A stretch of 64,000 nt of DNA. Origin: Eukaryota sp. TZLM1-RC. Lineage: Eukaryota > Protista > Metamonada: BaSk clade. Below, piece by piece: positions 1 through 12,067 of this stretch; position 1 is the stretch's first letter, and the number at the start of each line of letters is the position of its first letter. The stretch is taken from positions 1,958,689 through 2,022,688 of the forward strand of contig JAUPSS010000007.1 of NCBI GenBank assembly GCA_040285825.1, written 5' to 3'. Both the position numbers and the translations under genes were made by a program. Below the pieces are notes generated by a model. The model was not told the DNA's origin and ran no database searches. It worked only from the letters and a program-made list of their open reading frames with translations.

Positions 1-2
1 AT

Positions 3-2627
3 CCATCTATTGCCATAATCTCTTTCCGACCAGTCCATGTTGGTTGCGAGGAGAGCTCGATTAGCCTCATCCAGTCTGCTGAATTGGGTTCTTCTTAGAA
101 TTTGAGCCCAAATGATGCGTTCATCTCTTGAGGTAGGGACCATAGGAGAAGAGATAGCTAGGTGAGCACCTTGGTATCGTAGCGCATTTAACACTTCGGG
201 GGTGACACATTCAGCGAGGCCTCGGGGGTTGATCCTCATGGCTTGACGGAACAAGTCCCATTCGTGAACTGGTTCTCCAGTGATGTTACCAAAATACTCA
301 TCGATCGGTGGTTGGGAACCTTCTCTAGCTAGTTCTAATTCTTCATGTAGTCTGGCAACTTCGTTAGCTAGAGCTATCTGGGCTGGATCCTCAACGTTAC
401 CTCTCGTTTCTCTTAAGACTCGGTCGGTACGACTCCAGAGAATGAATTTGTTGACAAACTTTAGGAGTTTATCAGCGTCTCTCAAATCACAAGCCTCAAG
501 ATATGGACGTTTAGGACGGTCCCTACGTCTGTCATCTCGGTCTCTTGATCCAATCATTGAAGAGAGGAGAAGGCTACTTTCGTATGTGCCCGAGAAAGGT
601 GAATGATGTGAGGAAATGGAGGATGTTGAACCTGTCGTGGAAGGTGTAGGTAGGGGTTGAGGAGCTCGACTAACGGGAGTGATGGGAGCAGCTACTGCAT
701 CAGAAGATGTGGTGGGGGTGGGTGATTCACTGCTCACAGTGACAACGTCGTCGTCAGCTTGTTCCATAGCAGATTGGTTGGGGTTAGAGGTTTCCGTGAT
801 AGGAAATGAATCAGTTTCCATAGGAGGTTGTGGTGATTCAGGAGGTTGAGCGGAGGAAGATGGAGCTTCACTCTGTTGAGGTTCAAGGGAAGGTACTGTC
901 TCTTCAATCTGGGCTGGAACCTGATAAGAAGAGATCGCTGGTTGAACCAAGCGTGTTTTCTCTATACGACCTTCTACCATTACCCACTTTAACATCCTGG
1001 ATTCTATGCATCCAGGGAAAACGGTGACGAGCTGGAGGGCTCTTTGAAGATTGCCAGATCTTCTGTGGTCGGGACCACAATATGACGCTATATGATCAGG
1101 ACGTCTATCATATAGAAAGAGTCTTTCACCATATGTGGTTTCGGTAAACCACCACCCTGTTCTATAATCTCTGTCGATAAGGATATCGAGAGATGCGTTG
1201 TACCCAGGGCTGAACCTAGGGTATGGGCAAGGGTTGTGAACGTTTATGAAGAGGTTGTCTTCATCTCCAGCGAAGCGTCTGAATACTCCTTCTCGAGTAG
1301 TTCTCATGAACCTAACTCCGGGTCTTGGTTCATAAGTTGGTTCAGGGTCATTCCTGGAGGTTTCTGGGGTGATCCTTTCATCGGAAAGAAATGGACCAAT
1401 TCTGGGAGAGATCCATATTCCTAAGTCGTTCTCGACTTTGGGGCCGTAGAAAGGAGGACGCTTGTTGCTCATCTCCGTGGGAGGGATGGCCTCTGGGTCC
1501 TCTGGAATGACTCGTGTGTCCCTATATCTAGCGTAAGGGTTGTGCTGGCGGGAAGCACCATGATGAACACTTGAGCTAGCGTAGGAGCTAGTTTGAGAAG
1601 GGGTGTGTTTAGCAAGTGTAGAGGATGTTCCTCTTCTAGCCTGTAACTCTCTTTCCAGTCTGTTCTTGAGTTTCCAGATTCGATCTTCATGGAAGTAACG
1701 TTCTAAATATTTTTTAGAAACCTCACCAGTTTCTCTATTAATTTCAGGAACATGTTCCGTGGGAGGAACCGGAGGTTGAGCTGTGTGAGAAAATTCCCTG
1801 GGAGGTTCCTCATAGTCAACCAGATCTGAGAATAATAGTTCATACCTCTTCCTTTGCTCTTCGGAAAGATGCGAAGGAAAATTTGGTGTGCTAGGAGTGG
1901 AATCTCTAGCCTGGGGAGGGGAAACAGACAGATTGTTAACTCCTCTTACTGTTGATGTAGTAAGAGGAGATCCTGAAGTTGGGACAGCAGGATTTTGAAT
2001 AGTTCTCCTAACAGTTGGAACTGCAGGGAGAAGCTGTTGAGAGTGAGAGGGTGGAACCTCAGAACTGAATGGAAGGGATGAAGATGGTACTTCAATGGCC
2101 TTCTTAGAGGAGGAAAAGGGTTGGTCTTCCAATCCTTCTTTTGCAGTGAGAGAAGGTTGAACAGTCTCTCTGCTCTGAGTAGAAGGTGAAGATGGTACTT
2201 CAGAACTTCTTCCAGGGAGAGGAGAAGGTGGGACTTTAGATGCCCCCAATTGCGAAGGGGGAAGAGGAGCAACGGAATCCTCAACATCTTCATCGTCGTA
2301 GGAGACTAATGAAGGACTTCTTCCTTCAGAAGGAATAGAATCCTTAGAAGGGTCGTCTCCTTCCGCAGGAACGGAATCCCGAGGAGAGGAACTTCCTTCC
2401 ATTGGAACGGAATCCTCAGGAAGGGAACTATCTTCCCTTGGGGTAGAACCCTCGGGAAGAGTTGCTTCAGGAAGCGCAGAAGCTTCAACCGAAGAAGGAG
2501 GCACGGAAGCAGGGTCTGTGGTTAGTGGTGAGGAAGAGGGACCAGTCTCTTCCTCAAGGATCCTACGCTGAGCCGGGGACGACCCAATACGTATTGATGG
2601 TCTTGGCTGTTGTGAGTTAGAATTCAT
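3..2627 (-). CDS. Gag (N-terminal part of Gag-Pol), open at window edge
   Basis: ATG at 2627 (MNSNSQQPRPSIRIG...). The frame was spot-checked open to the edge and is absent from the ORF track because it has no stop. DADKLLKFVNKFILW, GEPVHEWDLFRQAMRINP and IWAQILRRTQF align with DAKKIFDFVLNFGNW, GQPVHQYDFVRSMFFEVDP and IWEYLLLSTQY in the 38909 ORF. Confidence 0.8.
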   Translation of the reverse strand, partial: MNSNSQQPRPSIRIGSSPAQRRILEEETGPSSSPLTTDPASVPPSSVEASALPEATLPEGSTPREDSSLPEDSVPMEGSSSPRDSVPAEGDDPSKDSIPSEGRSPSLVSYDDEDVEDSVAPLPPSQLGASKVPPSPLPGRSSEVPSSPSTQSRETVQPSLTAKEGLEDQPFSSSKKAIEVPSSSLPFSSEVPPSHSQQLLPAVPTVRRTIQNPAVPTSGSPLTTSTVRGVNNLSVSPPQARDSTPSTPNFPSHLSEEQRKRYELLFSDLVDYEEPPREFSHTAQPPVPPTEHVPEINRETGEVSKKYLERYFHEDRIWKLKNRLERELQARRGTSSTLAKHTPSQTSSYASSSVHHGASRQHNPYARYRDTRVIPEDPEAIPPTEMSNKRPPFYGPKVENDLGIWISPRIGPFLSDERITPETSRNDPEPTYEPRPGVRFMRTTREGVFRRFAGDEDNLFINVHNPCPYPRFSPGYNASLDILIDRDYRTGWWFTETTYGERLFLYDRRPDHIASYCGPDHRRSGNLQRALQLVTVFPGCIESRMLKWVMVEGRIEKTRLVQPAISSYQVPAQIEETVPSLEPQQSEAPSSSAQPPESPQPPMETDSFPITETSNPNQSAMEQADDDVVTVSSESPTPTTSSDAVAAPITPVSRAPQPLPTPSTTGSTSSISSHHSPFSGTYESSLLLSSMIGSRDRDDRRRDRPKRPYLEACDLRDADKLLKFVNKFILWSRTDRVLRETRGNVEDPAQIALANEVARLHEELELAREGSQPPIDEYFGNITGEPVHEWDLFRQAMRINPRGLAECVTPEVLNALRYQGAHLAISSPMVPTSRDERIIWAQILRRTQFSRLDEANRALLATNMDWSERDYGNRW

Positions 2628-2748
2628 ACAGTGTAGTATAACAGAAGTATAATTTATTACGAAGAGGTATTGTATTCACTCTTCTTAAGCTAACAGGCGG
2701 AATATTAATAACTAAACTATTAACTATAAATACTATTCAAGACTAACA
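2595..2748 (-). repeat. 5' LTR of element A (~154 bp, TG...CATCA)
   Basis: Boundaries inferred by analogy with the paired LTRs at 38788/45560 (TG start, AATAAA, internal ATG, CATCA end). The partner LTR is outside the window. Confidence 0.65.
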
Positions 2749-2788
2749 CCTACTGTGAATTTCTATCCAAACGCACTTCTCGCTTTTT

Positions 2789-3661
2789 TTACATATGTTT
2801 TAGCCAATATGTTGAAAAAGAAATAAAGCCAGGAGAATAACTGGGGGATGGGGACACGGCATTTTTTCGCATTGTGTCAGATGCAATATTTTCCAGAAAG
2901 GATAAAATATTTAGCCCAGCAGTGAATAAGAAGGTGATGTTGTCTGGACTGAGATCAACATTGTCCAGCATCAACATAGCGTCACAACGATGAGGGTCGG
3001 CAACCTGCTGAATAAATAGGTCCATTATGTACTCATGGTGACCTTCATCATACCATGCGCGCAAAGAGTCAGGAATAGTGGCTGCAGACGTGTTCACCAC
3101 TAATGAAGCATATTTCTTTGGGCAAGGGCACTCAAAGAAGGTAGTCATTGTCCGGAAGAAGTTCAGCTTCCAGGAGACAGGGCCATCAGTAAGTATTTGA
3201 CAAAAGCTGTTCGCCATTTGCAGTGCGCGAAAGCTTCTAATGTCAGAGTGGCACCAGTTCTCGGTTCCCTTCTGAAAGCCAATAGGAGGAAAGGGCCAGC
3301 CAGGTCGGAAAGAGACATCATAGAGTGCGCGGTACACTTCCATATGATTCTCGAATGGGCGTCTCACAGTCGGATGAGGTACCATTACAAAGTCTTGACA
3401 TTGATACCAAAACTGTTGTTGATATAACCAGAAAGCCATTTCCGGATATTGCAGGACGAACAGCTGTGCTAACCGGGCAGTAAGCACAGTGACAGTTCGA
3501 ATATAGCGAAACTGTCTTTCCATTGAAACAAGAGCTGCAGTAGAGAAGAACTGAGCAGCACTTGCTGGAACTGTCGTCTTGCTGTCGTTTATTGGTTGCT
3601 CACGACCGTTAACCTCCCAGGGGAGTACACGCCTTCGACGTGGCAACTCTGGATTTGCCAT
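2789..3661 (-). CDS. Hypothetical 290 aa; resembles the N-terminal (REC/WED) half of a Fanzor1, truncated next to the LTR insertion
   Basis: TTVPASAAQFF...IRTVTVLTARLAQLFVL...LYQQQFWYQC...ALQMANSF...ILSFLE...PSPSYSPGFISFSTYWL follows the pattern and spacing of Fanzor1 N-termini. No RuvC motifs are present. Recognition by eye only. Confidence 0.4.
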   Translation of the reverse strand: MANPELPRRRRVLPWEVNGREQPINDSKTTVPASAAQFFSTAALVSMERQFRYIRTVTVLTARLAQLFVLQYPEMAFWLYQQQFWYQCQDFVMVPHPTVRRPFENHMEVYRALYDVSFRPGWPFPPIGFQKGTENWCHSDIRSFRALQMANSFCQILTDGPVSWKLNFFRTMTTFFECPCPKKYASLVVNTSAATIPDSLRAWYDEGHHEYIMDLFIQQVADPHRCDAMLMLDNVDLSPDNITFLFTAGLNILSFLENIASDTMRKNAVSPSPSYSPGFISFSTYWLKHM

Positions 3662-4192
3662 TGGGGTGAATATGTTAGTCGAGAAAAGATCAGACAGTCA
3701 ACAATAAAGATTTGATTTATTCACCACTTCTTACATCTATACAAATACAAAGCCTGAGCAAAATGATAATTAAACACTATAATGCGTGATATTTAAGCTG
3801 CCGCAACTATTTTCTTTCGTGAAAAGGTTACAGTTGAAGGAGTTTTTTAGGTGATAACATTAGCATATTCAATCAAGAAAACGTGTTGTTTCAATGAGTT
3901 CGAATAAAGTTTTTTTTTCATAATCTGATCAACTTGACACTTCTTTAATCTTTAAATAGAAACCACTTAACCTAACAATGACTCTTGACAAGACAACATT
4001 CACAACTTCTCTCTTTCACGAACTCTATCTTCTCCGATGTAAAGACTTGACAACGTCAGCGAAAACAACATTTCTGACTCCCTTACACCTACAATTGTCT
4101 CGTTCCTAACTAACAATAGTACGCTAACCACATTCGCTCTTGGCCTTTCTCCTAAGAACCAACCTAAATAGACAAAAGCTTGATTTCTTAAG

Positions 4193-4510
4193 TTACTTCA
4201 AAACTATACATTGTTCTTCAACTTTCGCATTCGCTACTGGTGATAATGTATTGAGATCAGGTTGTTGCATCGGACTCATAGGTATACCAGCACCTTCAGT
4301 ACCCTTTCCAACAGCTTTTAGACTGTCATCAGTGGGTTGAATTACTTTGGTTGGAGACTGTTGTTTCTTTAACACCTCTGATTTCTCTTTTCCATCCACA
4401 ATGTGTTCAGCCAACATCAGAATATCTAGAGCAGAATTTGTATCTCGATTCCACAACGTTTTGCATTGATTACACTGCCTCAAACCCCACGAAACTGCTT
4501 GTCGACTTTT
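4193..4510 (-). pseudogene. Fanzor/TnpB C-terminal fragment (Zn ribbon half + RuvC-III)
   Basis: VSWGLRQCNQCKTLWNRDTNSALDI matches the GL.C..C..WNRD.N.A.NI C-terminal motif of Fanzor1. Confidence 0.8.
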
Positions 4511-4639
4511 ATAGTATTACGTAATTGTCTTGTTTATTAAGATTAGGTTTGTGACCTTGTTTTCCACTACAAAATGAGTGGTAAATTGATTCAATTAAAT
4601 TTATTTGAATAAAGGTGTTTTGACTCAACACAAACATTA

Positions 4640-7600
4640 TGTCCGAAGGAGGGTTCTCATCATCCTCCGATACAAACACTCATGACCATACTCCTCATTC
4701 AACCAAATCCCATCACAGTCCAGAAGTTCATACTATATTCCGACCTAATCCGACCTAATTCTTCAAACTCGCAGAATGGAACATTGCGTTGTGTATTCTC
4801 GACAACCTCGGTATTGACCTTCTCTTTAACGAGCTTTTCAATCCTTGGACGTATTCTTCCGTCTACGTTAAACGTCGTCTAAGTGATTTCATTGATGTTC
4901 TCTCCAAGTTTTATAACAACTGGTGTAATACCAGAACCTTCGAGGAACAAAAGCGAGCTCGGAAATCTGTCAAAAACTTCACTGGTCCGGGAGCTCAAGG
5001 TCTCATGTTCGGTGGGAGACCCCATCCCCAAGACCAAAAGCTCGTCGACACTTATGAATATGTCGAACAAGTATCGACCAATAAGGAGCAGCTCAGACGC
5101 AGAGTCAAAAATCTAAAGAAACGTTCTGCCAAAGACGATAAGTTTGCTGCATCCTCTTCTGACATCTGTGGATTTTGCAAAGAGCCAGGCCATTCGGTTA
5201 AGGAATGCCTACATCCGCATTGCAAGAGATCTGCAATTCCAAAGAATAAGCGTCGTAGTTTAGACAGTTATAGCAGTAGTGATAATAAACATCCTCGTAG
5301 TTACAGAATCAAAACAATTAACATCAAGAATCCACACCCCACCAACGTTAATCCATTTTCAGATCCTACTACTGACTCTCTCAAACAATCGTTTACGACA
5401 TCATCACATTCTCCTCCCAAACGCCTCTTGAATCCTTTGAGCACATGCGATTCTGAATCTTCGAGTATTAATAGAATTTTTAGCTTATCTTCTGTTTGTG
5501 CCATTAAATTTATTAATGGTACCAAGTTTATAGAAATCTGGTTGCAGATTAATTACACAGAAGCATCTGGTCTTAATGATAGTGGAGCATCCATATCTGT
5601 CATCTCAAGAGACCTATCCACAAAATGCAAGATGGAACACTAATCTGAATCTGTCAAATTCATTGGTGTTAATGGAGAACCATCAAACTCTGACCGCAAT
5701 GCCAAAGGAATCCTATCCTTCAATGTCGGTAGCATTGCCAAAGTTGTGCATCATACCAAATCGTTACCAATCGTTCCAGGCAACAACATATGGAATAGAA
5801 TAGAATGGAATAGACATTCTATATGAACTCAGCCCCATGAACAACGACAGGGTACACATTCATCTCGACGAGCTTCACAGAACACTAATGTTACCTGCAT
5901 CTGAGTTTGACCTTAGAATTTCACAGACATCTGATTTTAAGTTGTCACAAATATTCGAAGATCACGTCAACTCGTCAGGTTGTAAAATAAAGCTCAACAA
6001 TCAATCAGAAAATCAACAGCTCCTCGCAACTCTCGAAGAGTTCAAAGATGTTTTCAAGTTGAAACCCCATGAAGACGGCATCGACTGTAACCCCATGGAC
6101 ATCGATTTCTACGATGAAGACACTGTTGTTTATCGTCCACCTCGCAGATTAAACCCTGAACGACTCAAAATCGCCAACCAAATCTTCGATGAGTTAATCA
6201 AATCTGGTTTCGCCACAGAATCCAACGGTTGATTCAGCTCCCCAGTCGTCCTTGTAGTTTACCCTGATCATCGGAAACCACGTCTTACAGGCGACTTCAG
6301 TGGTCCGAATGGAGTCAATGCGAACACTATCCCTATCGCCCCAAACCTTCCAAAGATCTCTGATGTATTAGAGTTCTTATCTCAGATATTGCTATTGGCG
6401 GCGTCATTTGGGAAGAATATGATCCTTGTGAACACAATGGCACTATTCTCATTGACCGTAAGGTCCGACCTATCAGTTTCTTCAGCAGAGTTCTCTCCAA
6501 TTCCCAAAAGAATTGGTCAACGATGCAGAAAGAGCTTTACGCTATACTTCTCATCCTAACAGAATCATGCATCGAGAGTTACTTCAAAAGCAGGAAGCTC
6601 ACGATATTCACAGATCACAGGAACCTCTCATATCTGGTAACATCCCCTGATAAGAATCGAATTGTCACACGTAGGTTACCAATACTCAGTGAGTTCGACT
6701 TCGAGTTGGTACACACCTCGGGGGAAGACAACTACTGGGCAGACAAGCTATCCAGACAGGTCCCAACGACCAATCCTGTACGCATAAACTCAATCAACAC
6801 AGGCAACATTATTCTTCAGCGAGCGAGTCCACCTATGAACCGTTTCACCCAATCTATTATATCAGAACCTACAATCCATCAGACGACTCTGCTCTTCCAG
6901 CCCCTGACGAGATGACCTTCGGGATACACACAAAATCCTCATTTTGAAGGAGAAATGTGCATCTGCAATCCCCATGTTCGATCCTTGGTTGAGTAGAATC
7001 CGTTCAGAGCAAAAACAACCTGTTGCAGCTCACGAGCTTTTATTTAATAACTGTTCCGTCAATCATCTTGACCTCTACGTTAACGAATCAGGCAAGATCA
7101 TCATCCCGTCATCACTCATCAACGACACGCTCTTGATCATACACGGTTATGTATCAGGCGGTGATCCTAGTATGTCTGAGAGTTTACGCAGGCTATCCTC
7201 TAGCGCCTACTACTGGCCCAGTATGACTGATGTATGAAGAACCACGTGCGTTCTTGTCCATCATGTCAGATAACGGCACCTGTCCCCAAATCTATCACTC
7301 CACCCACCGGATCTCTCTGGGCTGACAAACCCTTGGCGAGATTAAACGTGGATACCATTGGCCCTCTTCCTCCAGACCAAGAGGCCAATAAGTACATCTT
7401 AGTTTTCGTGGACGGTTTCACTCGGTATACAATCCTCGTACCCCTCAAAGAATTAAACGCAATACTGACAGCCGACGCTTTGATTTGGAGTGTGTGTGCA
7501 GTCTTTGGTATACCCTACAGCATTCACAGTGACAACGGCCCAGAATTCGCCAACAACGTTTTTAAATCACTGTGCGAATTCTTGTCTATCAAGGTGACGA

Positions 7601-8626
7601 ACAGTGTTCCAAATTTCTGTCAATCAAATGGCCTAGTTGAAAGACGTCATAGAGTCATCTTACAAAATTTTAGGAAGCTCCTAATCGATTTTAACGCCTA
7701 TGACAACTGGTCAGAATACGTACCTTACGTAGAACTCTTAACGAATTCATCTAAGAGCTCTGTCACAGGTTTATAGTCCATTCGAGCTTATGTTTGGGTC
7801 AGACGTCAGTCCCAGAGCTGATCCTTTATCAATTTTCTCCACCATCGAAAAGGTTAGCACTGAGGTTCCTTTCATTCTGGATATCCAATCTAAATTCCAT
7901 CGATTGCAAGAAAAACGTGAAAAAGCAGAAATCACCCAAACATCGAAATCGCTGAAGGAAAAGCCAAGCAAGAATAACCTGCTATTCGAAATTGGATGCT
8001 TAATCCTCAAATCATCTAGTAACTCCAAATTACATGGAAATTATCTGGGCCCATATCTGGTCATCGACAAACCTAGTAAATCAACTTTATTAATAAAGAA
8101 TTTAATCACAGGTGTCGAATCTAAGGCTAGCATTTCACAATGCAAATTATACCAGTCTGACAGGCCCACTGATGATGAGTTTCATAGTATCGTGGCCTCA
8201 GATGATACTGAGGAGCATCTATTATTGGAAGTTTTCAGCCAGGATGGTAACGAGTGTCAAGTCGTACACGCTGGAGATGTACGAGGCACTGAGCCTGTCG
8301 ACCGCATTAAGAACATTAAGGCCTACCAAGCCTTCCTCCAGACTAATAAGTCGCGACCCCCTGCTAGTCAACCTACTCGCAAGCAACCTCGTAGAAGAGC
8401 CAGAAAAGACTGTCGAAAGGAGGGGAAGAAGTAGTGTTAGTCTTTACACTATTCTAGAGTGTAGTTAGTCTTATCTATTTGTTCTTGTATATTAGCTTAA
8501 TGTTTATTGTTCTGTCATGGAGACTTCACTAGTGATGGTATTGAAATTCACTATAGCTCATTTCCCCGTCGTAATAAATTACTCTCTCTCTCTATACATA
8601 TGTCTAACTCTAGCCCACAGGCTTCA
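4640..8626 (+). mobile_element. Decayed Ty3/Gypsy LTR retrotransposon B (5' LTR not found; RT core deleted)
   Basis: CCHC knuckle CGFCKEPGHSVKEC, protease LNDSGAS, RT start (PDHRKPRLTGDF), RNase H (QKELYAI, TDHRNL), integrase (CPSC, DTIG, DNG, ERRH), polypurine tract and 3' LTR. Colinear with the 38909 ORF but with frameshifts and stops. Confidence 0.92.
8435..8626 (+). repeat. 3' LTR of element B (~190 bp)
   Basis: Starts TG immediately after the PPT (GAAAGGAGGGGAAGAAG) and the TAG stop. Shares TTCACTAGTGATGG, GAAATTC, TAATAAATTA and an internal ATG with the 38788 LTR. Right end inferred at GCTTCA. Confidence 0.7.
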
Positions 8627-8796
8627 TTATCTCTTAATAAAGGGAACTTCAATGAGATAAAGATTCTTTTGGCTTGTGAAACAGATTGTAGGTCGTCAAA
8701 GGGAGAACCAACAGAGATTAAGTCACAGCAGAGTAGCAGCAAACGCAGCACATACACTAGGGGAGAGAAAGCCATGAAGACTTGGTTACAGAGTAC

Positions 8797-9598
8797 GTTG
8801 GGTGAAGTTGGCAATTTGGAATGAATTTCCATATTCTCCATTTACATTTACATTTTGAAATGGAAATGGTAATGCAAACATATTGTCCATACTCAATTGT
8901 AACTGAACCTGCTTAAATGACTGATAACGAATCTATTTACGTTACTGCTGATGTATCAGATAATAAAGAATGCCTCCAAACGTCTTCGGCAACACTAACT
9001 TCGTTAAAAAAACATCCCCTGTTTGGATCCCATGTTGATTGATTAATGCATGTTGATGAACTTGACAAATATTTATCTGAAGGAACAGTTCATTTGAGTA
9101 CTGATCCTATTGAATGGTGAAAAAACAACAAATGTGTTTTTCCAAGATTATTTCCTCTGACTTTGAGTTTTCTAACATTCCCAGCAACAACAGTTTTTTG
9201 TGAATCCTTCTTTTCAGTCGCTGGCTCCATTCAAACATCCAAACGTGCTAGAATGTCACCACTTTGTTTTAGAATACTTACCTGAGTTGAAGGTAAGGTT
9301 AAAAAACGATCAAATCAAAATACTTGAAACACTGAAGTAAAAAATAGGTAGTCGAATTAGCTTTTTATATAATTAATTGTCAGTAAAATGATTTGTTTAC
9401 ACCTACATTAGAAATACTTCAATGAATCAACAAATAACAAAACACTTCGACCAATTACTACACCACTGTCAAGCTCAGTAATGGTTAACTTCACTCTGGA
9501 TCTGAATTAACGTATGTCGGCTGTTTGGAATCATCTTATCAGAATGTGGAAATGGAAATGGAATGGATTCCACTTTGCCAAATCTAATTCAACCCAAC
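8797..9598 (+). mobile_element. Internally deleted hAT DNA transposon remnant
   Basis: ~9050-9285 encodes ELDKYLSE...DPIEW*KNNKCVFPRL...LTFPATTVFCESFFSVAG...KRARMSP, the hAT C-terminal dimerisation domain. Imperfect terminal inverted repeats GTTGGG..TGAA..TTGGCAA..TGGAAT and subterminal GAAATG repeats. Confidence 0.75.
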
Positions 9599-10367
9599 AA
9601 AAACCACAGGTGTGAACCCAATCGCAACTTTCCATTACATAACATTGATTGAGGTTTACTTTACTATTTTTCAGTTTCTTCATTTTCCTAGTGTTACAGA
9701 TTTATACATACTGCACATTCTATTTGGTGTTATACTATGTAGAGTCCCCAATAAAACATTCTGTTTCCACTTTTAAAATATTTATATATTTCACTATTCA
9801 AAAATACCTATTGTGTTAAATGGTCAATCGCTTCAACATCTCTTCCTCCACAGTTTGATTGCACACTTGGGACAAACTGGGTTTAATGGATGAGACTTAA
9901 CATCATTAGCAGAGGTGTATGAAGTGTCAAAGATCACTGAAGATAAGTTTGTGGGTGTTTAAATGGGCTTTTGAATCAGAGAATCTTGGAATGAAAGTGT
10001 TTTGAAAAGATCATTACGAAGACGATACACTGTGAGTGTCTTGAATCAAATTTAAAGCATTTTCGGTAGCATTGATGTGAGTGAAATGAAAATTAAGGAC
10101 CCAGAATGAACAGATCACAATACGCGTACAGGTACACATTATATAAAAAAAACACTTATCTATGGGGTCTTCGCAACGCCCCAGGAATAAGTATTTGTTG
10201 CCTCTATCCTGTGCATCATTGAGGTATGGACTTGAATAAATAGAATTGAATTAATTTAGAGAACAGGAATCTTCATTCAAAGTGTCATTCAAAGGAATTT
10301 GTATAATTAATTAAGTATAATGGAGATCCTAATATATATACATTTTAATTAGAAAGCGGTACAAAAA

Positions 10368-12003
10368 CTAATGAAAACTACTGGGAACTGATTCATGAAA
10401 ATTATTCTTATTAGCTTGCCTCTTCTTGCGGACAGCAGGGAAAGATTCCAAGGTAGGATACAACTTTAAAAGCTCAGAAAACCTATGAGAAAAGGTGAGA
10501 GGGCGCTTATCTTTACGATAATAAAGATATGCAACAAATTTCTCCAATCCATACAAACCTTTTCCATGGTGATACTCGTATTCTACTAAATCAATAAAGT
10601 CCCTCAAAAGGGTTTCAGAGAAGCGTTTTTCCAATCCAAAACTGAGAAATCTGAAAACACATTGAAGTCCATAATTATAACCAGCAGAGAAATCCTTGAT
10701 AGCAAAGGTTTTGAACTCTTGGTACACTGAGGTAAGAAGTAAGAATTACTATACTTTTTTGGTTAAAATGGTCTCTTAAATAATAGCAAAGGAATCGGTA
10801 CCAGGTGTTCATTTGCTGAGATAATCCAGGACCAAGTCTTCGTCTCTCACGCAGACAATTCTGTCTAAACTTGAGGTATGTTTTCTCCTCAAAGGCACCA
10901 GGTTCCAATAGCCTGTGAGACACATGTGAACTAGACTTGATACTCGAGACAGACTCCCTACGTTGGTTCTTGACGGGAACACTCTTGGAAGGAGTTTCTA
11001 CAGGAGTGCTGGGTTCGGGACCCTTTGCTTCAGGCATAGGCTTAACCTCAATCTTGGGTTCGGCAACAGGCTGTTCCTCGTGATCATAAAAGTAATAGAG
11101 TTGGCTTTGGATATCATCATGGAGCTCCTTCTTTGCTCCTCTTCTGAAATGAGGTTCGGAGACCTTATGTTGTCGCCTTCCTCCTCCAGATTTGACGTCT
11201 TTCTTTTGTCGCTTTGGAGTAACAACTACAAGCCTAGAAAGCTCAGCATCAAATTCGTCAAAGTCATCCTCTGCTTCCTCAGCATAGAGTGACTGCTTGA
11301 TGGTATCAGCTTCTGAATAGGCTCGAGGTCTGGTAGGTGGCAAGGGTTCTTCCTCTACACCAGAGAGGCAGTTTTTATCATCATCTTCCATTTCAAATTG
11401 GTCATCATCAGGGTCAATGGGTGCTTCCTTGAAGATGGAAGACCTGCGAGAGGAAACAACTCGCCAGGAATCTTCTGTACTTGATATCGGACAATAAGCA
11501 GGAAGGGAGGTCGCTACCAGATCATTTGAAAAGCTGGGTGATGTCGTACGAATTTCATGCAGAGTATGTCGTGGACGGAAGGAATGAATGGAACTGTCTA
11601 CACTCATGTTGGTGATTTCACAAAGACCAGCTACTTCATCATCAACATCTTGTTCTATGCGTCGACGAACAAAGCAATGACCAGAATCCTTTGTAACGAG
11701 TTCGACAACATCAGAATCTTGTAAGGCCCGTTCAATAAATGGACAATCTACACCTGTAAGTGAACGCAGCTTTTCAAAAGATGCAAGGAGTGAGAGTGGG
11801 ATAAAACCTTCGGAATCCATATGGCTCTGTAACCAAGCATCACTACGCAGTTGAGAGAGTTCGAAATAACTTTCCACTGCTTCCCGGACTTCGGTCATCA
11901 GTGACTGCATGGAGTCCATGGTTTCTGAGGGATGATCAATGGAACCTTTACGTTCTCGACGTTGCTTGTTGAGTTTAGCTCCCTTTTTGAATGAAGTGAC
12001 CAT
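10368..12003 (-). CDS. LARP1: La-related protein 1 (La motif + DM15), 28-nt intron 10727-10754
   Basis: La motif (VESYF...LRSDAWLQSHMDSEGFIPLSLLASF). DM15 repeats (CLRERRRLGPGLSQQMNTWYRF, YGLEKF). The GT..AG intron joins the two ORFs in frame (NQK-MYQEF). Confidence 0.9.
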
Positions 12004-12067
12004 TGTAGAGATGAATTCAGTTTCAGGGAAGATAAATAAATTAAGTTTTAATATAGACCGGTGGCAG

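Larger units (their letters stand above)
1..2748 (-). mobile_element. Ty3/Gypsy-type LTR retrotransposon A, 5' part (runs off left edge)
   Basis: Minus strand begins TGTTAGTCTT at 2748, the same first 10 nt as the LTR at 8435. It has TAATAAATTA followed by ATG as in the other LTRs. The long ORF is homologous to Gag of the 38.8-kb element. Confidence 0.85.

Noticed and set aside
280-2488. Short ORFs listed in the track
   Set aside because: Shadow frames of the long minus-strand Gag ORF.
4300-4335. Hammerhead-like CTGATGA...GGAAA on the minus strand
   Set aside because: Stem II spacing is wrong and there is no stem I/III closure.
8600-8824. ORF starting at the ATG inside LTR B
   Set aside because: Likely chance read-through into flanking DNA; no Gag similarity beyond the LTR and no junction palindrome.
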